59,865 bases of DNA from Bigelowiella natans CCMP2755 (Eukaryota; Protista; Cercozoa), in assembly GCA_000320545.1 (NCBI GenBank), contig ADNK01000579.1:1-59865 (forward strand). The letters are read 5' to 3'. Each line of letters opens with the position of its first letter. The stretch's first letter is position 1. Made by a program: the position numbers and the translations under genes. The notes under the pieces are model-generated. The model was given only the letters and a program-made list of their open reading frames with translations, was not told the origin of the DNA and did not search any database. Shown here piece by piece: positions 43,591 to 55,043 of this stretch.

Positions 43591-43971
43591 AGTTTCATTG
43601 TTGGCACATTGGGTGAAATGAATCAAAGGCTTCATCCGCTGAGTGCAAAATGACGTGACGATGTGATGGATTTTTTTTGAGGCTTGCTGTGGATCTGTGG
43701 CACAGTGGTCCGCTGAGGTGATTTCAGATTGACCCGATTCTGCCCGCTGTCATCCGACATCACCGGCACTTTCGCGCCGAAACCTTGCCGAATCAATTTT
43801 TGCAATTGCCAAAAACCGTCAAAAGTTGTTGAGGATGCAAGCAGTGCCCTCCTCCCCGCTCGCCTGTTTCTCTCTTCATGGCTTGATCACCTGACTGTTC
43901 GCATGTGTTCAGGCCGAGGAGAAGAGTCAAGTGCTTTTGTGACACATGCCAAGGGTGAATGGTGAGCGCAA

Positions 43972-46900
43972 GTGCTGAGTGGAGGCACAGGAAGGAAATT
44001 CAAGCCACGGCGCATCTTTCCCAACGGGTGGAGAGCACTGAACATGATGAGCATGATGCGGAGGAGAACACTGATGGTTTGTGACTCACATTTTGATGAC
44101 CATGGACACGATGGCGATGGCGATGGCGAAGCAGGCGATGATGAGGATCATGACAGCGATCATCAGCACAGTGATTCTGAGGATGGTGGTGATGAAGACG
44201 ACCACGAGGTGGATGCCTCCAATGTTCCATTTGGATCTGAACGATGGTGCAAATTGATGATGGAGAACGAATGTGATGAAGACATGATTGGTGATGAAGC
44301 TGTGCTCAGAATGAGAACAGGCAAGAGGGCAATGCAGTGTGTGTTTGTGTGTGTGTGTGTGTGTGCATGCCAGTCAGCATGTCCATTTGTGTGCCAGTTT
44401 CACGCACCCGCCCAATTGTGGGACACACGTGCTCACGTGTGTGTTCTGCACGTGTGTGTTGTTGTGTGCATGTGCAGGCTCGGGATTGTCCGGACAACAT
44501 TGCGGAATTCCACAGAGACGTGCTGAGAGCGAAAATGCCCAGGAAAGATTTGCGATCAATGGTTTTGTCGTTTGAAGAACACATTGGTCCCACGTTGAAC
44601 AACGCAGAGTGTCTTCCAAGCAGCGCTCACCAAGCGAAAAGGATGATCAGAGTGCTGGATGTCGTGAAGGAAGGCAAGTCACTGGTCAACACAGAACCGA
44701 AGAGGTTGGCTGTGTGCCAAGAGGGTTGCGTTGCATTCACTGGAAGGCTTGAGGACAACAGAGCTTGTCCCAACTGCAAGAGTCTGAAGGAAAAAGGGGT
44801 CACGTTGTTCGTGAATGACCTGGGAAAAAGGTTGAGGCAAAATTTGAGTTCCAATGACAGCCATCCACGTGGGTTTGACCCCAATCCACCCTGCGCAGGA
44901 AAGGATGGTGGTGTGGGCACAACGTCAGACTCTGCTGTGTTCCGGCGTGTGATGCGTGATGCGAGAGATTGGGACCAAGCAATTGGCCTCCACAATGACG
45001 GAGCTGCGATCACCACACTCAATGGTCAGAGCTTCACACCCATCGCAGTGGTGTGGCACAACCTTCCACCACACTTGAGGTGGAAAAGAAACTTCATTTT
45101 CACGCACGTGATGTTCGCTGGACACTCCAACAGTTTGAGCGGACAAGCTCGACTGACCATGACAGCGTCAGAGTTGAAGGTGCGCATCAGCGTTTCACTT
45201 CGTTGCCAGCGTGGCACTTGGTGCAATGATTTTGTGTGCTGCCTCGAAGCAGGTTCTGTGGCAGGAGGGCGTTCATGTGAACGAAACGATGGGCAACGTC
45301 AGGGTGAGAGTGACATTCACTTCGTGTGATTGCAGAGCTGATCCTCTCTTCAGTGGCCGAATTCAAGCACCGAGCAAAAGGTGTCGCAAGTGCGTGATGG
45401 TCTTTGTGTTTTTCTCATGTGAGTGGTGTGATGTCATCAATGTTTCTTGCACCAAAGTGCAAAACTGTCCATTTGTGCACCTCATGGTCAAGATCATCCA
45501 TTTTGCACCGTGGTGTGCAATTTTTTGAAACACTTGCACCTTGCATTGACATGAGTGTTTTTTGTCATCAAAGTGCAAACGATGCAAAACTCAACACCAT
45601 GGTGCAACAATGCATTTGCAATGACACTGAATGCATGATCACAATTTGAACGTCACAGAGCGGGAGTGTGCCCAATGTGCGACCGAAAAGGAGAGGCCGA
45701 CGAGAAAGAAGTTGGAACCACGTGTCCTCCGAGAGGAGTCGACCGCCTCTGGAGCCCTGAACATCCGATGCCGCCTTCTGGACTGTCCGTGCCTTGCCCA
45801 GTGCTCAGAACTTTCGCCAACGTGCAGTGTGACCAGCACGTGTGTTGCTGGACACACGGTCTGGCCAACGTGATGGTTGACCTGTTTCGTCTCGCGGAAA
45901 ACATGGGGAACAAAGCCATCAACCCCACTCCTGCCTGGAAAGCAGATCCACACAAAGTTTTGCACTTCGCAAAAGATGCTTGCACATTCCATGGTTCCGA
46001 GTGACTTCTGCGACGGAGAACTCAAGTCTTTCTTCAAGCACAGCAGTGGAAATCACAAACCCAAGATTCGCAAAGGCTGCAAGTTCAGCCACAAGATGGC
46101 TTGTGTCGGTCCTCTGGGGAAGTTTGCCCTTGAGTTCGTCGCACCACCCACTCCCCAACGACAGGTTGCGCTCGACATCATGGACCACACGCAATCCGCA
46201 CTCAGATGGAGTCACACCAGGTGTTGCAGACGTGCAATGCCATGCATGTGCACACACGTGCACACGTGTGCATGCCGCATGCCATGTGTGACATTGCTGT
46301 GTCGCCAATGCCATGCATGCACTGTCCACATGTGACATTGCTGTGTCCATTGAAGGTTGCAGTTGCAGAGAATGGAACGGATTGGAGCTTCACTGGAGAG
46401 GAAGATGGCCCGCACTTTCCCAGACTGCACGCAGACGATGGTGTTTCACGTGGTGCTCAGACATCTCAGCCACTCCATGGCTCATCATGGCCCCATTCAG
46501 CAAACTTGGACCGTGTTTTTGGAAAGACATCTGAGGGTGTTGAAAAATGCAACGCCCTTGATGGGCAGGTCAGTTGTGAGGATCGCTCTGCAAGAATTCA
46601 GGGACAGGATCAAACTGGACAAAGAACGTGTCGATGTCAGCATCCCGACACACAGAGACGACCATCCGACAGGCGTGCGGGAACTTCCAGGGCACAGGTG
46701 GAGACTGGTGCGACCAGCTGCCAGGGTGAGAGATCACCTCAAACACCACGTCACTCACAACAACAGATTCACCGATCAACAGTTCCAAGGAGCAACCTTC
46801 GAGGAAACAGGTGAACTGGAGTTCAAGGGGAGACGACATCGCACCAGGCACAGCGAACTCAGGAGGAATGAGAATGGTGGCAAAACCTGCAACAGCATCG

Positions 46901-47313
46901 TTTTCGTCAAATGGGGTGTCGACGAGTTGCCAGTCATGCGGAGCACCGCTGGTGCCATCAAGTCATTCCACAAGGTCACCATTCAAGGATCATCATCGGA
47001 ATGTTTCGTGTGTGTGCGAACACTCAAGGAGCTTGAACACAAAGGTGTTTTCGGTTGTGCGAAGAAGGTGGACTTGAACCGAAGCCCCACCGTCGCGCAA
47101 AGCTTGGGAGAAGTGGTGGAGATTTCTCAATTGGACCACAGAGCTGCCCCAGTGTTCTTGCCGGTGCCAGAAGAGTTGCACCGCCGCAGGGGGAACAACG
47201 ACGTTTCAGTGAGCCGTGAAGGCCCTGTGCATTGGATGCTCCCATGTTTTTCTTGGTGTTCTCATCACACCTGGTGCAAACGTTTTCTGAACTTTGCACC
47301 GCGGTGTGATTGA
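43972..47313 (+). pseudogene. CACTA-type (TnpD/Transposase_21-like) transposase, intron-containing, mutated
   Basis: VCQEGCVAF..ACPNCK, IGLHNDG, SFTPIAVVWHNLPP, WTHGLANV, HGPIQQTWTVFLERHLRVLK correspond to the CACTA motifs ACxNxC..CPxC, LxxDG, YNLPP, MHxxxNV, GP..W.YPFERY..LK. Confidence 0.8.
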
Positions 47314-47737
47314 ACATGAATGTTCACAATGTGCGCGCGACGATCCGCTGACAGCACGGCGCACGTTTGCGCTCCGTGGTCCATGCGCACGCTGCGTGTT
47401 GTGCTGCCTGCGAGCATTGAGGAAGCACCCCAATGAGCGGACGCAGCGAGAACAGGCGCGCGCGACCGCAGCACAGGCGCGGGCACACGCAGCGTGGATG
47501 CGCATCACACTTGGTGTGAGTTCTGCAAAAGTTTTGCACCACGGTGTGAAATCAAATCAAACTCATGGTGCAAATTGATGCCGTTTTGCACCAAAGTGCA
47601 AAGTGATTTTCACACGAGATCACAATGTTCACACCCCTGGTGCAAGCCAGTGCAAAGTGATGTGCCAATTGAGGTGCAAAGTGAAACACTTTCAGTGCAA
47701 AAGTGCATGAATTTTGCACCGTTTTCTTGCCGCTGTG

Positions 47738-49952
47738 TGATGAGCAAGGAAGGGGCCAAAGCAGAGTGGAAACAACAGCATCAGGATGCGTTCAGTGCCT
47801 TGAAGCAACTTCTCAAAGAGTCGTCCTTGACCACACCCAAGTTCACGGAAACGAGTGTCAAGGCACCTTTCACAGCAGATGGACTCAGATGCGAGTGGTG
47901 TTGCAGGAGCAGGCACATCATCGCAGACGATGGGGGGGAAGGAGAGGTTGATCGCTTGCCACTCTTTCGCATTCTCGACAGTCCAAGTGGGTTGGACCAT
48001 GTCGAGAAAGGAAGTGCACACACCTTCACGGTTGTTTGATGAGTGGGCAACGTGACACTTGGGGGTTTCCCGATGAAGCTGCGAAAAGATTCAAGGTGTG
48101 CAACGTGCTCAGGCAAGCATGGGCAAGGCAAAATGCGAGAACCTTGGACGAGGATGAGTGCAGCTTGCGACCCCTGGATGACAGCAAAACACGAACACCG
48201 TCAGCGAGACTTGCACGTCAATCCAGACACGTTCACGTGTGAATCCAAGGAAGCCAAAACAACTGGCAAGTGTGCGGCTGGAAAGACATTGAAGACCTTG
48301 TTCCCTGACCAGCACGAAGCGGCAGAAGAGTTTCTGAAAGGATGCAAGGAGAGAAGCAAAGATGAAGACCTTGAAGTGCATCCCACCGAGACATTGGCGA
48401 TGGAAAACAAGTGGGGATTGCCCCTTGCTGAAACTGCTGTTTGGGAAGTCAGTGAGATGACACACGAGACCAACTCTCTGGAGGCAAGCATCAAAACAAC
48501 TGCATTGCCGGACAAAGATGCCTTGGAGGAGGAGCAGCGCAGAGACTTTGCGAAGCACTTTGCGGCGCCCTGGAGAGTGCTGAAAGTGAAAACCACGAGT
48601 CACTGAAGTCTCAGCATCGCATCGAAGGCGAACCATTGCACAAGGTGGGATCGTTCGAAGTGGGGGGAGCGGTTCCCTTGCTCACCTGCGTTCCCAAGGA
48701 ACACAGATTGCGTGCACCAAGTGCCCATCACGTCGACAATTTGTCGAATCACCGTGACGCTGCTGACCTGGCTGCGAGGACGTTGAAATCTCACCATTGG
48801 CCGGGACTGAACAGGGAATGCAGAACCCACGCAAAGGGGTGTCAAGTGTGCATCAGAGCCAAGACAAAGTTGAAGAAATTGCCGCACGCTCAAAACAAGT
48901 GCACGTCAATGATGGATGCCATTGGCTTGGATGCCATTGGGCGTGTGTCGGGTGAGAAGCACCACGTTCTTGCGTGTGGCATTTTGTCCATTGGTCACCT
49001 GGTGGCCAAAGCGACGAAGACTCTGAACGCAAGGAAGGCAGTCGATTGGTGACAACGCATGGCGCACCTGGAAGGATCATTGCGGATTGGGGAACGGAGT
49101 TTGTTGACAAGATCTTTGAACACCCAGCCAACAGGCTTCGTCACAGGCACGTCAAAGTGTCTGTGAAGAACTCACAGGGCAACAGTGACTTGGAAAGAAA
49201 GCACAGAGCACACAATGAGGGAGTGCTGTCCCAGCTGACACAAAACGTGGACACGAAAGGCAATTGGGCAGACCACCCAGAGCCCATGGTGTTTGCTGTC
49301 AATGCCTTGACGAACACTCGGGGATGTTCTCCGGCGATGCTCCTGTTTGGGTTCCAGCCTGAACTGTTCCCTGACGTGGAGACAAAACAAACAAGGGGAC
49401 ACACTGCGGAGGATCGCAAAAATGCAAACGAGACAGACGTGCGATTGCGACGTGTGCAAAACGCAAGGGTGCTGTTTGCCACCTTCGAGACGAAGCCAAG
49501 TTCGAGGCCAATTTCAAAAGAAACGCAAGTCTCAAAACGAAACGTGCAGACCACGGTGTGGGGGATCACGTGTGGCTTCACCGAGAGGATGGCAGGAAGA
49601 GCAATCCCGTCACTGCCAAGTGTGACCTGATGAAAACAGGCCCAGTTGTCATGGTCACGGTCAACAGGCGAAGCAATGCCTGCCGGGTGGTGGACGATGA
49701 GACTGGGCACTGTGCTGCCGTGCATGCGAAGCACCTCAGTCCTTTGGGACGCTTCAGACTGTCACCTGAGGTGGAGGATGTGAGCTCGGATGAGGAAAGC
49801 AGTGAATCCTCACCGTCTGAGTCTTCGAGTGGTGGGGAAGAAGACGAGGACGAACAACCTCCCGCACTGGAGGGGAAGAGGAGCAGGAGGCCGGCTCACC
49901 ACGGACCTTGCACATCGTCGTGAGTTCTCACGAACTCAAAAGAAAGGGGGGA
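47738..49952 (+). mobile_element. Ty3/Gypsy retrotransposon, RNase H-integrase half ending in a polypurine tract
   Basis: RT connection EWKQQHQDAFSALKQLL. Integrase zinc-binding H..H..HHWPGL..THAKGCQVC and core IGLD..HGAPGRIIADWGTEF..NSQGNSDLERKHR. PPT aaaagaaagggggga (49938-49952) is followed by TG, the likely 3' LTR start at 49953; the LTR end was not identified. Confidence 0.85.
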
Positions 49953-50268
49953 TGATGCAGTTGTGCATCATCCCAATGTGGTCATGCACGTCGCGCCTGG
50001 TCATGGCGGACGTGGCGTGGCGCGCATGGGCGCCCATTGTCATCGCATTGGCGCCCACATTGGCGCCTGTTTGGCGGCCCGCTTGGCGCCTGTTGGCAGG
50101 GGGCGCTTGGGACGTGACTGGCTTGAGACGTGACCGGTTGTCATTGTCATTGCGACAAGCGGTTGTCGTGATGTTTGCGACAAGCGGTGACAAGTCAGTC
50201 ACCAAAGGAGGCTGCGACAGGAGCAGCAAGTTTGTTGTCATTGTCATTGAACAAGTCGATGCAGAGGG

Positions 50269-50389
50269 ATTGAACGGAGGGGATTGCCTCCGTTCAGTCG
50301 ACACAGAGGGAAGTGAACGGAGGGGATTGCCTCCGCATCAAATTGAGTCTGGGAGACCGACAGAGAGGGAAGTGAACGGAGGGGATTGC
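50269..50389 (+). repeat. Three copies of tgaacggaggggattgc in the putative LTR/downstream region
   Basis: Direct repeats at ~50271, ~50314 and ~50373. Confidence 0.8.
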
Positions 50390-51399
50390 AGTTGGGGAAC
50401 GGCAATCATTCCTCCGTGATTGAGTCAAACGGCGGTGGACCGAAAGGAAGCAGAGGCAGAGATGCGAAGAGGACGAAGAGCAGCAACGACCCTGGGGAGG
50501 TGTCGGTGCGAGGTGGGGAGAGGCAAGACAGCGTCGAGAGGGGTGTTGCCCAATCGGGTGATGTTTCAGACGGAGTTCTGGCATTCGTGATTGTTGAGAC
50601 TGGGCAGGAATCACACCGGCGACGGCGCCGGCAAGTGTTTGGATGATCCTGCATCCTCAGTGTCAATGGGGATTGACACTGGTGCCAATTGTTTGACGTT
50701 TGTTCAATGGTGTTCATCAAAGGTTCAGAATTTCCGTCAATTGTTCCGATGTTGCGCGACGTGTTGCGGGCGCAAGCGCGGCGCAGAGGGACAATTGCAC
50801 TTGTTCTCATTGTTCTCATTGTTCTCAGTTCTCTTGGAAGTTTCAACGAATCACAACTGAAAAAAGCACAGCTTGGAGTTCACGGAGGTGGTGAAACAAG
50901 TTGCACTGTGATTGTGTGTCGTGAGGTGGAACCAAGGGAACGAGCCACCAACGAAGTGAATTGCAAAGGCATGCGATTGGCACCTCTGGACCCACTTGGC
51001 TGTGATGACAATCAATGGAGCAAGTTTGGAAAAAACCACACAGGCACTTGGAAGTGCTGGTGGCAAAGTGGTCAAAATTGAATCAAAGTGTTCAATGGAA
51101 AAGTTTTTGGGGTGTCGATGAGAAATCAGAACGTGGCCAATGAAGTGAGTGATCCTTCGTTTGAACACAACGATCACATCAAAATCACTCACGGTGGTTC
51201 ACGTGACCCCAACGCCCAAAACTGCAAACGATTGTGATGTCAGTCAAGTTGTTGCGTTGAGTGGAATTGCGCGCACGTGTCTGATGCTGATTGGTGGTGG
51301 TGCAAGTCAGCTGGTCAGGCCATGAATTGCAAACACCTTGATCGTGAAACACTGACGATGAAGCAAAAACGCTTGGTGAGCTGTTCTGTCAACCTGAAG

Positions 51400-53170
51400 C
51401 AACACGATGGACAAAACTCCTGCACGTTCAATGCCATGCTGTCATGAACTCTCACGAAAAATCGTTTGAAAAGTCTGGACGTGAAAGTCTCACTTGCAAC
51501 GTGTCGTGTGGTGTTGTTGGGAAAAACAGAAAAGAGAAGACGTCACGTCAACAGGAACAAAAAAGTTTTTCGTTTTGAAAAACACAAGTTGGGGCTGACC
51601 GTTCACGATGGCGTGCACGACTTGGTTGACAAGTTTGCACCTGAAAAGGTGCAACAAAAAGGTTCATCCACGAAACGCGGATTTGCGGTTCACAACAATC
51701 GTGCTTCACACGTCGACGACAGTGCAACTCAATGGCACACCGCTGGGACAAAATTGGACAAAATCGCACTCCTGCGACATCCGCGCCAAGTTGTTTTGTT
51801 CAGGTGAAATTGCCTCATTTCGTTCAAAATCAATTTTTCGTTCTTTGATTTGGACACGAATTCCAGTCATCAAAATCTTGAAAATTGAATTTCTCCAAAA
51901 CTGGACCATTGCGGCACTCATGGCCAGTGCAGTCATGTGCAGCTTCGCATGCTGCTCCCTGCTAGCCTGTGATGTGTTGCACGAATGCTTGGCGAGCACT
52001 TTGACCTCCCGGTGCACCCCTGCGTGGGGGCAAGTTGCCACATGCTCGACACACGTTTGCTCAATGACAAAATCAAAGAACTGGAGCAGAGAAAAAGGAA
52101 GCAGCGAACAATGCAACAAGTGTTCATTGCAAGTCCACGACAAGTGCAAGTTTGGAACAACAAACCAAGAAAAAAGCAATTGTTTCAAGGCTGTCAAAAA
52201 CCTCAACGTCGTGGAATCCTGTGTCCATCATCAGCAATGACATCGCACCTCACATCAAAACGGTCAATGGTGAATGGATCAAACACTTTCATCGTGGGGA
52301 CGTGAGAGGTTTGCCAATTGAAACGCTTGATGTTCACAAGTGTGAACCCAAAGTTTTCTTTCAGCACGACAGAACACTGTCATTGTCGTTCACAATTGGC
52401 AATTGGCATTGTGTCACGTCTCATCCAGGTTGCAACAGCACGAACGACATTGTTGCTTGCGATCGTGAGTGAAAACAACCGTGAGAAACTCACAAAAACA
52501 AGTGATGAACTTCGTCAAAAAGTTGTCAAAAAAGAACGCACACAAGCGTTTTCAATGATGAAGCCTTGAGAACGAACGAAGTGAACACATCCTGAACGCG
52601 CTGCTGTTGGTGAAGTGAACGATGACACTGTTGGCAATGGCATTGACATCAATGAACGTCAGCGCTGGGCTTCAAAATCAACTTCCAAAGTTCCAGTGTT
52701 TCGAGTGTTTTGATGACTGTGTCAACTGTGACAATCACATCATCGAGGCGTGGGATCTCACAACGTGCGTTGCAATGAGTTTGAATTGCGGTGAAGCTCA
52801 CAGCAATCTTGGAACGTTCACGTTGTCCCGAGGACAATGTGAAGAAGCAAACGCCACGTGTGACACGTGGTGCACACGTCTTCGTTCATGTCAAAGACAC
52901 GAATCACTTCTTCAAATGCGAACACCATGCCAACAGCTCAGATTGCGGATGAGCAATTTGATGCCATCATGAATCGAAACTGTGCGAGACGACACTGCTG
53001 ACTCAAGCTGAAAAAGAAATGCGGACCGCTGCGCACACTGCACGACATCGACGACAAAACACAGGTGCTTTCAAATGCATGAACACGTCATTGCAGAGAC
53101 AAATGGACACAACACGAGCGCTGCAGCCGCTGTTTTGCATGGCTGCATTGGGATGACCATTGAAAAGATT
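51400..53170 (+). pseudogene. TpA-stripped coding remnants, possibly family-B DNA polymerase of a Polinton/PLV-like element
   Basis: Frameshifted protein-like ORFs. At ~52640 GIDINE..WA..SKVPVF / FDDCVNCDNHIIEAW resembles a polB motif A (DxNxxY) region once His/Cys are read as Tyr. Identification is from memory of the pattern only. Confidence 0.3.
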
Positions 53171-53462
53171 TGATTACTTCATCACATCCGTCTCACAAAC
53201 CATGTGAGCTTGTGTCTTCCATGACACTATCTCCTCGGGTGACATCTGGAAATTTTTCGGTGTCGAAACGGAGCCGAAAGCACCCCTTGATTGTCCCACC
53301 TCCTCACTAAGAGAAAATTTTCTCCCTGGTACACACTTGTGTAGCACATGTTTGTGACATTTCTCCCTGTCCACAATGCAAGCGATCCGCAGCTTGTTTT
53401 CAGAATCCTTGCTAAATTGGAAGCAAACATTCACATTAGGGAAAGCTTGCAATCTGGTGGTT

Positions 53463-54502
53463 TCAATTCGGTATCTGTAGATTCAAAATCTGGGCAAATT
53501 TAGCTTCGAGTGAGGTTTTTTCCTCGACCCACGATGCTTGCTTAACGCTTATGGCCTTGTGATCAATTTTTCCAGCCTTACAGCATTTATAGTAACGAAC
53601 AATCACTTTATCACCCACTTTAAAAGGCTTGTACTCCACATGCCCTTTCATAAAAAAGACGTCTGTGGTCCCATACTGATACACTACATCCTGTTTGAGA
53701 GGTAGGCCAACATCCACTGTTCCACTCTCTTGGCCTTTCTGAGTCTTTATTTCCCCTTTCGACACATAAATTTTTTTTGAAAATTTCCAACCTTTTGTGT
53801 ATTTTGCCGGATATAAATTGAGTGCTTTGTGTGGAAGATTTCGTGGGTTGGGTGGTGTTCGACCGGGTGGTGTAATACTGGGTAGTGTAAGACCGGGTGG
53901 AGGACGGTACGAAGGCCAAATTCCAACCACTTTAAATTGCTCGTAGAGAGTTGGTTTGCTTGTGATGACATAGATGGAGATCCCATTGTTGCGCAATGCT
54001 GATAGGGTGTTTACGAAACCTGAATTTCCTGTAATGATTCCAATCGGTGCTTTTCCAAGTGCAGCTTTACCTTTTCCAGCTTTACCTTTTCCCGCTATAT
54101 CCGCCATCATCTTTATTTTCGCGACATCAGGTTTATTACTGTAACTGGGCTCGGGTTTGACTCCAGCGTTCTGAAGGTGGTTGAGACAATTTGTATTGGT
54201 CTTAGCCCACCGATTTGCGTAATAAGCTTGAACTTGAACCGTGTATTGCGGGAGAGCGCTCTGTTTGTATTCCTGTTGAAAGCCCTCCAACATTTTATCC
54301 TTTATTTCTTTGACTACGTCGACTTCGAGGCGATTCGGTGGAGGAGGACAACTTTCGATATGCCAAAAGACATGAAGCACTTTGTCAATAGGGTTAGGGT
54401 TAGGGTTATGCTCAGAATATTCTCGTTTAAATGTGAATGAAATTCTGGGGTAGCTTTTGTATGGGTCTACGATTGTTATTTTTGTCCCGTCTCCTATTTT
54501 CC
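53463..54502 (-). CDS. NYN (LabA/PIN-fold, MARF1-like) domain protein with C-terminal OB/cold-shock-like region; last exon, upstream exons probably reach ~55.9 kb
   Basis: VFWHIESCPPP, KPDVAKIKMMADI and IGIITGNSGFVNTLSALRNNGISIYVI align with the NYN motifs VFWDIENC, KxxAD and LISGDSDF..L..LR..G. The frame stays open upstream to the acceptor ttttacAG at ~54503. Confidence 0.65.
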
Positions 54503-54993
54503 TGTAAAATTAAGAATAAAATAACCAAACGATTAGGGGATTATACATATGTTGGTTGTTATGTTCATGGTAAAGATTTTCTCGTTGTTTCATGAACTCT
54601 TTGAGAAAATACATGAATGTATTTGAATAGTTCCTTCAACGTGTCGAATTGCCACCATGAAAGAATTTCAAATGATATACTTCAAGAAATCTTGATGTAA
54701 AAGACTGCTATGATTTTATTGTGAAAGTCTCTATAAGTTTTTTTTGTAAAATCCCAAGTACCGAAGGTTATACGGCATTGTCTCGCAAACAATGAGCATG
54801 ATATAGTTCCAGAAAAAAAATAAATTTGAAACCTTTTCTCGCCAGCTTTCATCCATATTTTCTCGGAGTTTAATCGAGTACCATTTTGACTATTATTCTC
54901 TATCCATGCCTTATTAGCAATTGTTATTAGATTGTTAATATGTGCTTATTATGTGCGGATGAGGATAAACTAACAATCGATGTTAGAGGGAGA

Positions 54994-55043
<50 letters not shown>

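Larger units (their letters stand above)
42122..47737 (+). mobile_element. CACTA/EnSpm (CMC superfamily) DNA transposon, degenerate
   Basis: Terminal inverted repeat CACAGCGGC (42122-42130) / GCCGCTGTG (47729-47737). The motif ttttgcaccaaagtgcaaa occurs near both ends. Contains a transposase and a divergent second ORF. Confidence 0.75.

Noticed and set aside
43399-43620. Repeat-spacer-like pattern (CRISPR?)
   Set aside because: Only two long direct copies inside a eukaryotic transposon; no unique spacers or cas genes.
39746-53000. Dense overlapping ORFs in all six frames suggesting overlapping genes
   Set aside because: Explained by loss of TAA/TAG stops through TpA depletion; only frames with recognisable TE motifs are meaningful.
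39746-53000. Alternative genetic code (His/Cys codons read as Tyr)
   Set aside because: Flanking host genes use TAY for Tyr normally, TpA loss affects all codon positions and non-coding DNA, and the elements are frameshifted.
39746-53000. Classical RIP or CpG-methylation decay
   Set aside because: Both would deplete CpA or CpG and raise AT content; here CpA/TpG are enriched, CpG is common and TpA is lost.
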